Assembly: GCA_904063045.1 (NCBI GenBank)
Contig: CAJFCJ010000002.1
Coordinates: forward strand, 4,435,645-4,499,644
Direction: 5' to 3'
Source of the DNA: Dimorphilus gyrociliatus
Lineage: Eukaryota; Animalia; Annelida
DNA length: 64,000 nucleotides
The translations under genes were made by a program, and so were the position numbers. Under the pieces are notes generated by a model. The model ran no database searches, was not told where the DNA came from, and saw only the letters and a list, made by a program, of their open reading frames with translations. Below are positions 40,501-52,652 of the stretch, piece after piece; the first letter of the stretch is position 1, and every line of letters starts with the position of its first letter.

Positions 40501-42192
40501 ATGAAGTTAGCAGCCACTATATTAATTTGCATTGTAATTTCTCTCGATGGAGCTTCAATCGAAAGCCAACTTTTTGCTGAGAAGTTTTTGGTTCGTTTCA
40601 ATTATATGACAGATAGTAGAACGAACAATCAACAACCATCAGCGTTGAAAAAATCTCCAAGCAGCATGCAAACAGCCATAAAGGACTATCAAAGAGACAA
40701 TGGATTGGTGGTAACCGGAGATTTGTCCAGAGAAACCTTGGAGCTTATGAGCCTACCTAGATGTGGTAATACAAGATCCGATGTAAGAGATAAGTCATAT
40801 TTTACCTTCAGTTTAGATAGGATAAACAAAAATATTTACTTCCCACTTGCCTAGATCTGTACAATCCTTCTCTCAAGTTTATATTTTTTTAAGAATACGT
40901 TTCAACCTATAAATTTAAACAATCTGTAACACAGGCCATGATCTAAACCTATTTATATTTTCGTAACGTCCCGTACCACCTAAATTATAGGCCTTCTTTA
41001 TATCTTTAATGAAAATTTTTTATATTCTTTTATGAGAAATCATGTTTTTTCCCATGAACAGAATATATATGATGCCATTGCTAGTAAGAGACGCCGCCGT
41101 CGTAGATATGCTTTCTCGAGTACAAAGTGGAATTCTGATTTTCTTACATATCGTGTCAGTCCGTTCACAAATGACCTTAGCAAAAGTCAGGTTTTGTCAG
41201 CAATAGAAAAGGGATTCAAGATATGGTCCGATCATTCTATGTTAAAGTTTAAGAGGGTAGAATATAAAGCCAACTTGGAGCTCTCGTTCTATAAGGGAAG
41301 TCACCAAGATGGCTATGCTTTTGATGGTAAGGGAGGCGTTCTTGCTCACGCTTTCTACCCCCGAACTGGTCTTATTCATTTCGATGATGATGAATTATGG
41401 AGTACCAGTAACAATGATATCCTACTCTCTCAAGTAGCAGCCCACGAAATTGGCCATGGACTTGGTCTGAAACATTCGTCAGATAAAAATGCGATCATGT
41501 ACGCCTCATATAAATATAAGGGAGCGAATTTTAATATAGAAACAGATGATAGGAAAGGCATTGAGGAATTGTACGGATGTAACCCTACAAAAAAATGCTA
41601 TAAAGAAGGAAAACCAAAGAAAGGAGATAGCTGCTTCTCCCCTAAAGGTCTAGTAAGGACTTCTAAGAATGAAACAAAATTTATGAAAGATATCGATATT
41701 GGAGACCTTGTTCAATCAGAAAATGGTTTTAGTAAAGTGATTGGCTGGCTCCATAGAGATGAAGAGAAACTTGAAAAATTTTTTGTTTTAAAAAATGAAT
41801 TAGGTTTAAATTTAAAAGTCACTGGTGAACACTTGATAGCAATTGAAAAAGATGGTCAAATTCAATATCAAAGAGCATATGAAACAACCAAAAGAGATTT
41901 TTTAATAAATATTGATGAATTTGGTAGAAAATCAAGACAAAAAATCACTGAAATAGATGTAATTGAGGAAAAAGGCATTTATGCTCCCTTGACTGATGAT
42001 GGAACTATCGTAGTAGATAGTAACCTAGCATCTTGTTATGCTGTTGTTAATAGTCATCAAATAGGTCATTTGGTATTTACTCCTTTGAGATGGATGTCAA
42101 ATTGGACAAGCGCTTTTCCACTTGAACACTCGGCTGAATTAATAACAAAATATCTTGGTCCAGTTGCTGAATTCCTGGGAATGTTCTCTTAA
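40501..42192 (+). CDS. Secreted matrix metalloproteinase (M10A) fused C-terminally to a Hedgehog-type Hint/Hog autoprocessing domain
   Basis: Exon 1 (40501-40782) has a signal peptide, PG-binding-like prodomain and cysteine switch PRCG. Exon 2 (41062-42192) has a furin site RRRRRR|Y, structural-Zn HQDGYAFDG...LAHAF...HFD, HEIGHGLGLKH and a Met-turn. It continues into DS|CFSPKG...DIGDLV...VTGEHLI...GIYAPLTDDGTIVVD...ASCYA and SHQIGHLVFTPLRW. Confidence 0.93.
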
Positions 42193-42558
42193 TAAAAATT
42201 GACTCAAAATAATCTCTTTCATCCTTTTTGATATTCTATAATTCTACGTATTAGACAAAAAAACATCTTGAACGTTGTTTATCAGTCTCTGGCCCGGAAA
42301 TTTTAATACAAATTTCATTAATGAAATTATTTGTAAACATATAGATAAATAAATAGAATTTTCAATTCTGTATTATTTACTAAAGACGACAATCTGTAGA
42401 ATTTAATGCAAAGTATTCAATAACAGCTAGATCGTGCTGTAAAGCGGGCTTTTAATTCATTGCTAATAATGAGTCATATCCCTTACCTTTTGTATATTTA
42501 AACAGAGTTTGAAAAGAGTAAGAAAATTGATAGCTGTTTAGAATTTCAATCGTAAATT

Positions 42559-42561
<3 letters not shown>

Positions 42562-42594
<33 letters not shown>
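42562..42594. repeat. (AT)n microsatellite followed by AT-rich low-complexity sequence
   Basis: Read directly. Confidence 0.9.
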
Positions 42595-42595
<1 letters not shown>

Positions 42596-43122
42596 TGTAT
42601 ATACAGTATATAGTATATATAAGGTATTATACTATATATTAGTATATATATATACTGTATATGTGTGAAAATCTAGATAAAGAAATTCATCAGTAATGCA
42701 CATTAATATTTTATATCAGTAACTTTTTAAATATAAAATACTTTACTTACAAAGCTCTATGGTCATATTAGACAACTAATTTATCAATAAAGTCAAATAG
42801 ATTTGACATCGAAGAAATTCTGTCTTAATAATGCTTGCTACTGATAAGAACGTGTGCTTATATATCCATATCAGCCTATTTTTACGAGTGTCTGATAAAA
42901 TTTTTAAATTACTGTGTGAGAATTTTTATTTGATGTTTTTTGGTAAAAAACCCAAAAATACTGATCGCTAACAATGGAATTTCGGTATTAAAGGGAAATT
43001 AAATAATTATTTGATAGAGTGAGGTAATTATTTTTCGTTAAAATTTGTAATTTATACATAATTTTGGATTGTTACTTTGTTACTAGGGAAAAAAAATAAA
43101 CAAACGAAAAAAATTTTTAAAT

Positions 43123-46100
43123 ATGAACAGTGCAAATGAGAATGATAAATGTAAAATTAGGATTATTGGAACAGATGTTTATGAGGTTTCATTTCAAATT
43201 AAGATAAAAGGTGACTCTTTAAAGAGAAGTATAGATCATTTGACTTATAGGTTTATCATTGATGATGAACCCAAAGCGTATACTTTTAAAACAAGAGAAA
43301 TATCTTTAACCGGTATTAAACCTAATTCAGTAAATAAGGTGAAAATTGAAAGCTTTTACTCAGAATACGATACATTTAAAATATCTAATGAAGTTATTAT
43401 AAAATGCCCGAAAAAACCCCCACCTCCGGTTATACAAACTGTGCCAATTGATGAAGCTTCTCAGATGACCATAAGATGGAAAAAACCTTATTCCATGCAG
43501 AAAGTTAAGAAAAAAAAAGATATTTGTTTCTATAGAGTATTCATGAGTGATAAGCAAATTGGAGAAGTTGATGCTGCTGATATATCATATGATAATTACT
43601 ATAAATTTCCGATACATAAAAGCGGAAATGAACAATATTCAGATATATATGTCAGATCATATGCTGGAGAGAACATTACAACTGGAGATAGTCGGGAAAA
43701 AGTTTATTGTATATCCGAGAGTGAAAACTCGAATATAATTCCAGTTACATTCCTAAATTTTAACGAACAGTCACCAGTAACAAGTATTCAGGAAATCAGT
43801 ACAAAGAGGATTGTTATTAACTGGAGTGTACATAAAGCAGCTCGCGATCCACCAACTATTGGATTTCATTTGATAAAGAATAATGAACTTCACGGTTCAA
43901 TATTACCGCCTGAACAAACTTCCTTTGAGCTAACTGAATGTATTTTGGGGGAAACGTTATCATTACAACTCATTCAAATATTCGCTAAGAATAGTTTAAA
44001 TTGTAAACAATATGAAACATATGATTTAGTCTCCTCAATACCAGCTACTCCTGAAGACTTTATAAAATTTTACATAAGAGGATCGCCTCTAATATGCAGA
44101 TTTGGAAAAAAGATTACTTTTAATTATACTAATTTAAATTGTCCAATAGATGGCGTAAAACTTGTAAATTTAACGGAAAATTCTGCTAAAATAACTTGGA
44201 AGACGAAAAATTTGGACGATAATAAACATTTTATTGATATAAATAATTTTTTAGTTAAGTGGTGGCCTGGAGAGTATTCCAAGGAAAATGTAAAAGTTTC
44301 CAATACTGAGGATAGGGAATTTATGATGGACAATTTAATACAAGGTCTACAATATACTGTTGTTGTTGAATCGTTAAGGGAGGAACTCAATACACAAATG
44401 AGCGACCAATTAGTAATCTATTCAGAAAAATCAGCTCCATTAAAATTTCAGATGATTACTTTGAAATCACCGATAACGAATTTGGAAGTGGTGGAATCAA
44501 ACTCATCATCGATTAAACTTCAGTGGAGAAATATGCTTGATTCACCAGTTCATCCTATGTGCTTTAGAATTGATGCCACTCTTAGAAACTCATCCGAGAA
44601 AGTTTCAGCGTTAATAGTTGACTCTGATAAAGAGACAGCACTAATCACTAATTTGAAAGAAAAATCGAAATATCTCATTTCATTTACAGTTGTGACAAAG
44701 GAATATATGGAGAATTATTCTGAAGTGCATTCCTCTGAAATACTTGAAAACGATGAGCCTCCGCCTAAAGATGTTTGGCTTCCGAGAACAAATATCTTGG
44801 GAATGACCTCCGGTGCTGATCCCCCATCGGACATTCACTTCATTAAAGCTACACTAACTTCTATTATGGTTTCGTGGGAACCGGTTACAATATATGGCTC
44901 TTATAGACACCAAGGAAGTTTCCTTAAGTGGGCGGAAGTAGATCAATTTGGGGATACTCAATCAGAAAATGAAGATGAAGATTACTTTAAAATGGCAGTT
45001 GAATCTAATAACGCGATTATATCCAATTTGAAACCAGCTGCTTATTATAAAGTCTTTGTCGAATCCGTAATAAGCGTTAAATTAGATTTGGACGATAAAA
45101 ACTCGCAGAGAGATACAATTCTCCAAAAATCGAAAGTATACTCTTTCAAGATGGAAATTACTTGTCCATCCCCAAAACCTTTTATCACTGGATTCACAGC
45201 AACCTCCATCTCCGTTGGATGGAGGAAGCCTATTTTATTTGTAGATATCGGGACTGGTGAAGACGGAAGTCCGAGATATCAAAAATTGAATCTAATGGGT
45301 TATAAACTGAGAATAAATGATAGGCCACCTGTTATTTTGCCACCCTCCAAACAAGAATTCAAGGTAAAAGAATGCAAGCAAGGAGAGAAGACTAGAATCG
45401 TTCTTATTGCACTTACTAGTACACAACTGGAGGAAAATGATAAGAATAGTGTTAGGTCGTCAACTGATTCTGAGAGATCTCTTGACAAGGAATACAATAG
45501 TTCTAATTTTACGTTATCCTCAAGCGTAGAGAATGACTGTGTTGAATCTTTCTCCAAAGAGTTATACTTTATTATACCACAGAAGGAGATCGGACAACTT
45601 TCAGAGTGTGGTATATCATATTTAAAATCGGATACTGATGATGTAAATAACGAAAATATGGAGTTAAATTGGGATATTTACGGTTCTAGAGAAAATGTCA
45701 AAAAGGTTCGAGTGACTTACGGTAATTTAGCAGAGAAAGAGAAAAGGGAAACAATCTTCCTTGATCCGTTATCATCGGTAGAAATACTACCAATATTAGA
45801 GCAATCATGTATTCAAGAAGTTGTTGTAACTCTTTACTCAAAGAACAACAAATTAAAACCATCTTCTATTAAATTTCACTGTGCTACACCCGAAAGACTC
45901 TTCTCTCCAACTATTTTTGTTAGCAATACTACATCCGATGAATTCTTGATAGAATGGAATGAACCAGAGCTTTGGGATCTTGAAAGCAATACTTATCAGT
46001 TATATATAAATGAAGAGAAAACTAAACCGCTGCTGAAGTTGGATCAAAGGATGCTATCAATAAACCGTAACCAAGAACTGCAAAGAGTACAGTTACAGGC

Positions 46101-48440
46101 AATATCTAATTCTGAAGGCATAGAGAATTCGTATTTGTCAAACATCTTAGAAGTTCTCCCTGTTGCAACAGAGATATTTGCCATATCCGTAGATGATGTT
46201 ACCGACACAGCCATAGACTTGAGCTGGAAGTCTTATTCAGAAGGTTCAGATTTTCATGAATATGAGCTTGTTTGGAAGAATGAAGAATTTGATAGTCTAA
46301 TAACAAAAAAAACAAGAATCAGAAAAGGAGAAAAAAATTGCGTCATTCATAAATGTCATCCTGGAACTGTCTATTACATTACTCTATACGCAATTGATAA
46401 ATCAGACAATATCTTGAGTAAAACGGTTGAGACTTGTATAGAAACTTCAGCTTTTCCAGAAAAGCCCAAGTTGCGAATATCATCAATAAATTTAGAATCA
46501 ATTACAGTTTGTTGGGATGAATGCAGGACTTTCGGCCGGGCAGAAATTATTATTTATAAAATATATGTTAATAGTATATTTGAAAAAGCTGTTCCATCCG
46601 ATCAACTATATTTTACTTATTGCAAAGTTTATCCTCTAAAGCAGTATGCCTTTCAAGTTCAAGCTGTGACAGCAGGAAACTATTCGGATAGTGAATTATC
46701 AGATACTGTTGTAGCTACCTTGCCCAGGTTTAAACCTCCATTTTTAGAAGATTCATTTCCTTTTGATAGGGATACTTTCATAGTTTGCTGGGAACCTCCT
46801 CATATCGAAAATCTAGGTTCTTATTAATATATATATATGGTATTTTATCTTAATTGTTGATTCTCGACAGAAATAAAGTATTTTAAACTTATATGCCAAG
46901 ATGAAAAAATGGGTGATGTTGTTCAAGTTATTTCTGATCTCGACAATTTCACAACAAAAGCAGAACTAAAAAATCTGGGTATTGGAATATTTAATATTTA
47001 TTTAGAAATTCAAACTTGTGAATCGAAGAAAATTTTTAAATCTGGAATCTTAAGAATTGTTCAAGGAATTAGGCCTAATCCTCCAACGATTTCTCTATTA
47101 TTAGTTGACCTAAAGGAGAGATTAGCTTGTAAGAAATTATGCTGCGACTTAATAAATGAACGAGATAAATTAATAAGTGTAATTAATAGCTCGCATAGAA
47201 ATCTTGTAAGTGATTTTTCCTTATATCTTTACTATTAGCTTTACTTTATGTATGATATTAATTTTATTTTATAAAGGTTCAAACAAGAGCGAGAGGATAC
47301 TTGATCAATGTAAATTTTCAATTATTGAGATGTTTACGGTTTTTGAGACTGTCATCACATTCTATTAAAGTTCGCCTTCGATGGGTAAAACCTCAAGATA
47401 ATCCTGAAGTTCCTGTCTCCGGTTATCAAGTAGTAGTCAATGGAAAATTATATGGCTCTATATTAAATAAAACAGTCAATCATATAGAGCTACAGCTTAG
47501 CCCAAAAACCTTAAAGTATAAAATATCAATGGTCTCCGTCTGCAGTAAAAAGCAATGTATAAGCAAACATTCAGAGGCTATTGAATTTTTAACGAAACCA
47601 TTTTTACCTTTCCACTACTTTGCTTTTTTTGACAATTTGGGAAGTATTTTTGAACAGAGCCTTAAAATCGAAAAGCATATGCCAATATCTAGGAATATGC
47701 AGATAAAATTTGCTAAATGGAGTATATCTTTAACCTCTCTTTTGGCAGTAAACATTTTTGATGGAAATGTACAGAATTTGACATCTTTCAGAGGATCAAA
47801 TTATCCAACAGCTTTATTATTTTGGTCAAATTTGAATCCATATTCATTTGAAATGCTAAAATGGTTTGCCAAATTTGCTGAATCAACTAAACTAAGAGTA
47901 TTTCTTTTTTAATTTTGAGTATTTGAGCAGACTAATAAATACAAATTCTTTAATTTTAACTCTACAGGCAAGCTTCATATCGATACTTTCTTCGAAAAGT
48001 ATCATTAGCAATTATGCAAGAGAAATTGTTGCTCATAAAATAAATCAAACTATTAGGAGAAATGACAATTATGTACATCACTTTGCATCAAATTCCTCAA
48101 CTTATAATAAAGGTTGTGGCAAAGGTAAATAGTACGGTGTGTTAATCATTGATAATAATATTACTTTTCATTCTAGACATTCTCTTGTCACTCGGTGTGA
48201 AAGGTGTTCCAACAGTAATTGTTATACATCCAAAAGGTAGTCTCTTTTTATTAATTGATTATTAAAAAATGTAAATAATCATCTATTTCCATAGATAATA
48301 TTGTATGGAAAGGAAGATATTGTGCCCAGAATTATGAACATTTTGAAACTTTCATGTCGTATGTTTTAACTGCTGAAGGTAGAGAAGATATGACAAATCC
48401 TTGGAAATTTAACAATAACTTTGCATCAGCCAGTAATTAA
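43123..48440 (+). CDS. Intracellular fibronectin type III repeat protein with a C-terminal thioredoxin-like fold (~1700 aa)
   Basis: A 3.7 kb first exon holds serial FN3 motifs (e.g. MTIRWKKP, IKLQW...NLKEKSKYLISF, ISVGWRKP, ITVCWDE...YAFQVQAV). Five further phase-consistent exons end with TALLFWSN...GVKGVPTVIVIHPKDNIVWKGRYC...*. No signal peptide. Confidence 0.85.
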
Positions 48441-48838
48441 TTTAAAGTAAAATGTTAAATATAATATTAACAGATTACTCTTCTCATAAAATAGGAAGAT
48501 CGAAAATCTTATCGAAAAGAAGCAAATTAAAGTCTGCTAAAGATCGTACCGCTGAGAATGAAGGGATGACTATCAATGATGGTCCAATTTCAACATCAAC
48601 TCGTACTAAGTTTATCTGTTGATAATGCTTTTTTAATTATATGAATTCTATTTTTGATTGTAAAATTCTATCATAAGTGACTTGAAAAATCATACCAGTT
48701 AAATGAACACCTTTAGTGCATAGACAAATATATATCTATATAGTTATAAGTAATCATTTAGAAAATAACAGAATAGGTCTACAACAATCTCAGTTATATC
48801 AGAGAAAATTGTGAGATTAAATATTTTTAAGTAAAGTT

Positions 48839-49917
48839 CTAAAAGCTCAAGGTAACAAATTCTTTGTTACCGCTGGCTAGACTTTTTTTGCACAATTCGG
48901 CCAAATGGGTTGCCATGAGAACTTGATTAGGTTTCACGATTATTTCCTCCGTTCCGTTAGTAGCTTTTACAAAATGACTTAGAACTTCCTTATAGGCCTC
49001 TGCATATCTTTCAGTACAATCTTGTATCATGGGATCAATTCTTTCTCCCTCTTCATTAAGATGTTTAACCAACTTATGGCGCTTATTATCGCTTTGTAAA
49101 GTACCTTTACTACCAAACACTTCTAATCGCTGATCATAGCCTTGAACAGCATTTCTACTCACTTCAATGTTACCAATGATTGAATTTTCAAACGTTATAG
49201 TGATGCAACAGCTATCAACATCTCCTTGTTCTGCATACAATTCATCAGTAGCGCTACCAACTGCATAAATTGAAGTAGGCTTAGAATTGGCTAGCCAACA
49301 TATTATATCTATATCGTGAATAGCACTATCAAAAAATATGCCAGGAGAACTTTTCAAATAATCAAGAGAAACCATGGCTGGCGGATCCCTTGAAGTGGTC
49401 TTGATAACCCTTACGTTCCCTATTTCTCCCTTTCTAACTAAATCATATATCTCTCTAAATTGGGGATCAAATCTTCTTTGAAAATTCACCATCAGATTCA
49501 GGCCTACATTAAATTGAATAACAATAATGATATTGATAAAGAATTTATAATGAACAATTGCTAACCTCTAGTCTCAGCAATTTTAAACAATTCTTCAGCT
49601 TCCTTAAGTGTAGGTGTCAAAGGTTTTTCACATAAAATATGCTTTCTATATTTTAGGCATTGCTCAACTATATCCCTATGAGAGGAAAAAGGAGTAGATA
49701 TAATGCATGCTTTTATATCACTATTTTCCAAAGCAATAGTTGCTTCATTTGGAAATAAAGCTGTAATTTTGTTGATTTTCCCTTTTACCGTCTTGCTACA
49801 TTCTTTATTTTCATCCACTAAATAACGCAAATCCAGTTGTGGATGTTCATTGATGTTCTTTGCATGAATTTTGCCCATCCTTCCAACTCCAAAGAGTGTT
49901 GTTCCTAAAATTTCCAT
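48839..49917 (-). CDS. Gfo/Idh/MocA oxidoreductase, myo-inositol 2-dehydrogenase (IolG)-like
   Basis: Two exons separated by one phase-1 intron at ~49506-49566. Motifs GVGRMG, ILCEKP, NFQRRFDP, TTSRDP, GIFFDSAIHDID and GYDQRLEVFGSKG. Confidence 0.9.
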
Positions 49918-50549
49918 AGTTTTCCTTTTATTTGATCTGAAGGTTGAATGCGATGATAAATTTGACTTTTTATTAGTATTGAAATTTAAGAGTGAAGTCC
50001 ACAGTGCGATAGCAAATAAAATGATATGAATTGATTGCTTCTAGAATCTTCGAGAATAAGTAATCTGGTAATAAAGTTTTCAAGCTATCTAGAATATTCT
50101 ACATGCAGGTAGCGCTTGAGCGAGATCGTCTATTTAATTTTCGCTCACATGACTTTTTTGCTTTTTCCAATTTACAGCTATTGTCACTTATCTCACATCT
50201 CTAGAATATGAATTTAAAACCTATTAAAAATATCAAATATAATCTATACTTTCTCCTATTTTGTAAAGCTATTTATTTGTTAAATAAAGTTAAAAATAGT
50301 CAGATTTATAATTATATTTAAAACATTACGAAATTGATAATACTTTAATTCATTTTTGTTATTATTTTTTAATAGAAAAAACAACTAGTTAATAAGAAAA
50401 AGAGAAAAACAATTATTGTTAAAGTATATGCAGCTCTAATTGGACGGATAAGCGATGATGCAGCACAAAAACGAGTAGTAAAATAGACAAACAGTTACAT
50501 TTAATAGAAAAGATATTATAATAAAAGAAAAAAAAACTATCTTATATCT

Positions 50550-52652
50550 CTATTGAGAAAGAGTCATAGATAAATCAATATCCGTAGTAAGATTAAAATC
50601 TGTTGTATCCAAATCATTTAAAGTTATATCATCTCCTAACTTAAATTTTGATTCATCCAATTTGGACTCGTTAAACTCATTAAACGTAGTTGTACAATCA
50701 ATCAAATCAGCTGTATCGGTAATTTCAAAATCTGTATCGAGAGTATCATCAGTTTCATCTAAATCTAATTCATTTATATCTGCTTCATTCTTAGAAACGT
50801 GTTTCTTCCCTGTTTTTGTTCAAATTTTATTTGTAAGTGACAAAATTTTAGAAATAAAATAAAAAAAACTAACTCGTCAGAATCGAGGGCGAAATGGACT
50901 CTGGGTTTATCCTTACATCTTTCCTATTAAGACAACAGTTTTCATTTAAATCAGATACGTTAATAGAATAAATCATCAGTAAGTTGTATAACAAACTTTA
51001 ATAAATTGATTTGATGTTTGTCAAAGTTTTGTTCATCTTGCAATCGATTTAGCGTTCTTTTGGTATAACTTTGGCTTTCGGCAAGATCTCTTATAGTCTG
51101 TCAAACAATTAAGACATGATAAATCTTACAAATCAACGAAAAATTATTTAAATTAGACATAAATTAGATATGATCTTTGATTTCCACAACACACGTTGGA
51201 AAAAGCAGAAAAGGGAATCGTTAGCGTAAAAAGATGGTTATATATATATATACTGTATAAAAATTATATATGTACATATATATATATATATATATAAAGG
51301 TTCATAGTTAACGTTAACTACTGCTACAATCCGCAAAAAGAGATAGGAAGGAATAAATATATTTTCACCCGTGAAAAGAGTGAGGAACTAATTTAACCTC
51401 AGTGGGTAAGTTTGTCAGAGGCTAGTATCCAAGGTGAAAAACTTTTAAGATTATTTGATCAATTAATTAATAAAATTCCTTAATTGCGGGAAAATAAATA
51501 AGGCAATCAAATAAAATTATCTTCACTATATAAAACAGTTCGTACCATATCATCGGTACATATTTTCGGCATATTGCCGTTTTCCACTTTCTGTATCGAT
51601 TATAAATAGGAGCATGCACTTGCTTCAAGGCCTAAACATTATAAGATTTCCTAGCTTACCCTTTCCAATCGGTCTAAAGATCTATCGGCAAATCGTTTGT
51701 CGGTAAAAGCATCACCAACATGTACTTCACAAGCACCTTTTTAAAAACAAAATAAGACGTGAATGAGACATTGTTGAAAGAGCGATTGTTCATTACTTAA
51801 TCGAGCCTTCAAAGTATCTATTTCGTTACGTAACGACCTTAATTCATCATTAACATGTCTTTTTCTGTAGAGATTGTTAAATTAAACAAGATATTTTATT
51901 ACTAATAATAGGTTTTTACTTACAAATCTATGAAATCTCTGTGTATACTTGATGACAAAGGACTATCATTTGTTGAATGCGACATTAAAGACATGCGGCC
52001 CTGAAGCATCTGAATTTGAGATGCTAACTCCCTCTTCCATTGTTCGAATTTATGTTCGGTTTGTAAATCCACACCTCTTTCACTCAGTCTCTCTCGTACT
52101 ATAGATAGTTCTTCTGCAAAGTATTTATAGAAGTTTTTTTTAGAGAAGAACAATTTTTATTTTATAATTTTTACCTCGAAAATTTCTCATTTGTCTTTGT
52201 TGAGTATCCCTATCTTCTTCTAATTTCAATAAATTTTTTGAAAGGTGGTCAATAGTCTATATTAATCGGAGGAATTGAAATTATTAACATTTTCTATATA
52301 TAAAAGTTATAAAAAGAATATTCAACCTTATTTTGAGTATCGATTCTGTCTTGCATAAGAGATATGAGAGCCGGAATATCTTGTCTAGAAGCACTCCGTC
52401 TGTCATTCTCAAAATCGCGAAATAAATCAATATTTTTGTTTCCATAGCTTGTTGTAATAGTTTTTGATTTGGCTTCGTTTATTGAATCAGGCAATTTTAA
52501 ACTTCTACCGAATTCTATGCTTTCCTAATAAAGAAAGAAAAAATTGGAGAACATGTTCGAACATGTTTTTTAAACAACCGGTATACCCTTATTCTCATTA
52601 AAGTTGACTCCGTTTCATCAACTATGGTGGCAAATTTCGTATCCCAGTCCAT
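50550..52652 (-). CDS. Uncharacterised multi-exon coiled-coil protein with an acidic C-terminal tail
   Basis: Starts MDWDTKFATIVDETESTLMRIR. Phase-consistent exons encode RIDTQNKTIDHLSKNLLKLEEDR, FEQWKRELASQIQMLQGR and ELRSLRNEIDTLKARL. The last exon is D/T/L-rich (...DLDTTDFNLTTDIDLSMTLSQ*). Confidence 0.7.
52549..52568. promoter_or_regulatory. Perfect p53-family response element in intron 1 of the coiled-coil gene
   Basis: GAACATGTTC GAACATGTTT is two RRRCWWGYYY decamers with zero spacer and CATG cores, inside the 62-nt intron 52525-52586. Confidence 0.62.

Noticed and set aside
41632-42192. Hint domain as a self-splicing intein, mobile element or bacterial contaminant
   Set aside because: It lacks the intein C-terminal His-Asn plus Cys/Ser/Thr block and any endonuclease. 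It ends in Hog-type ASCY plus an SRR, and the gene has a GT-AG intron and a signal peptide.
43079-43092. GTTACTAGGGAAAA as an X-box before the FN3 gene
   Set aside because: Only the left half-site is good, and the right half lacks the terminal AAC.
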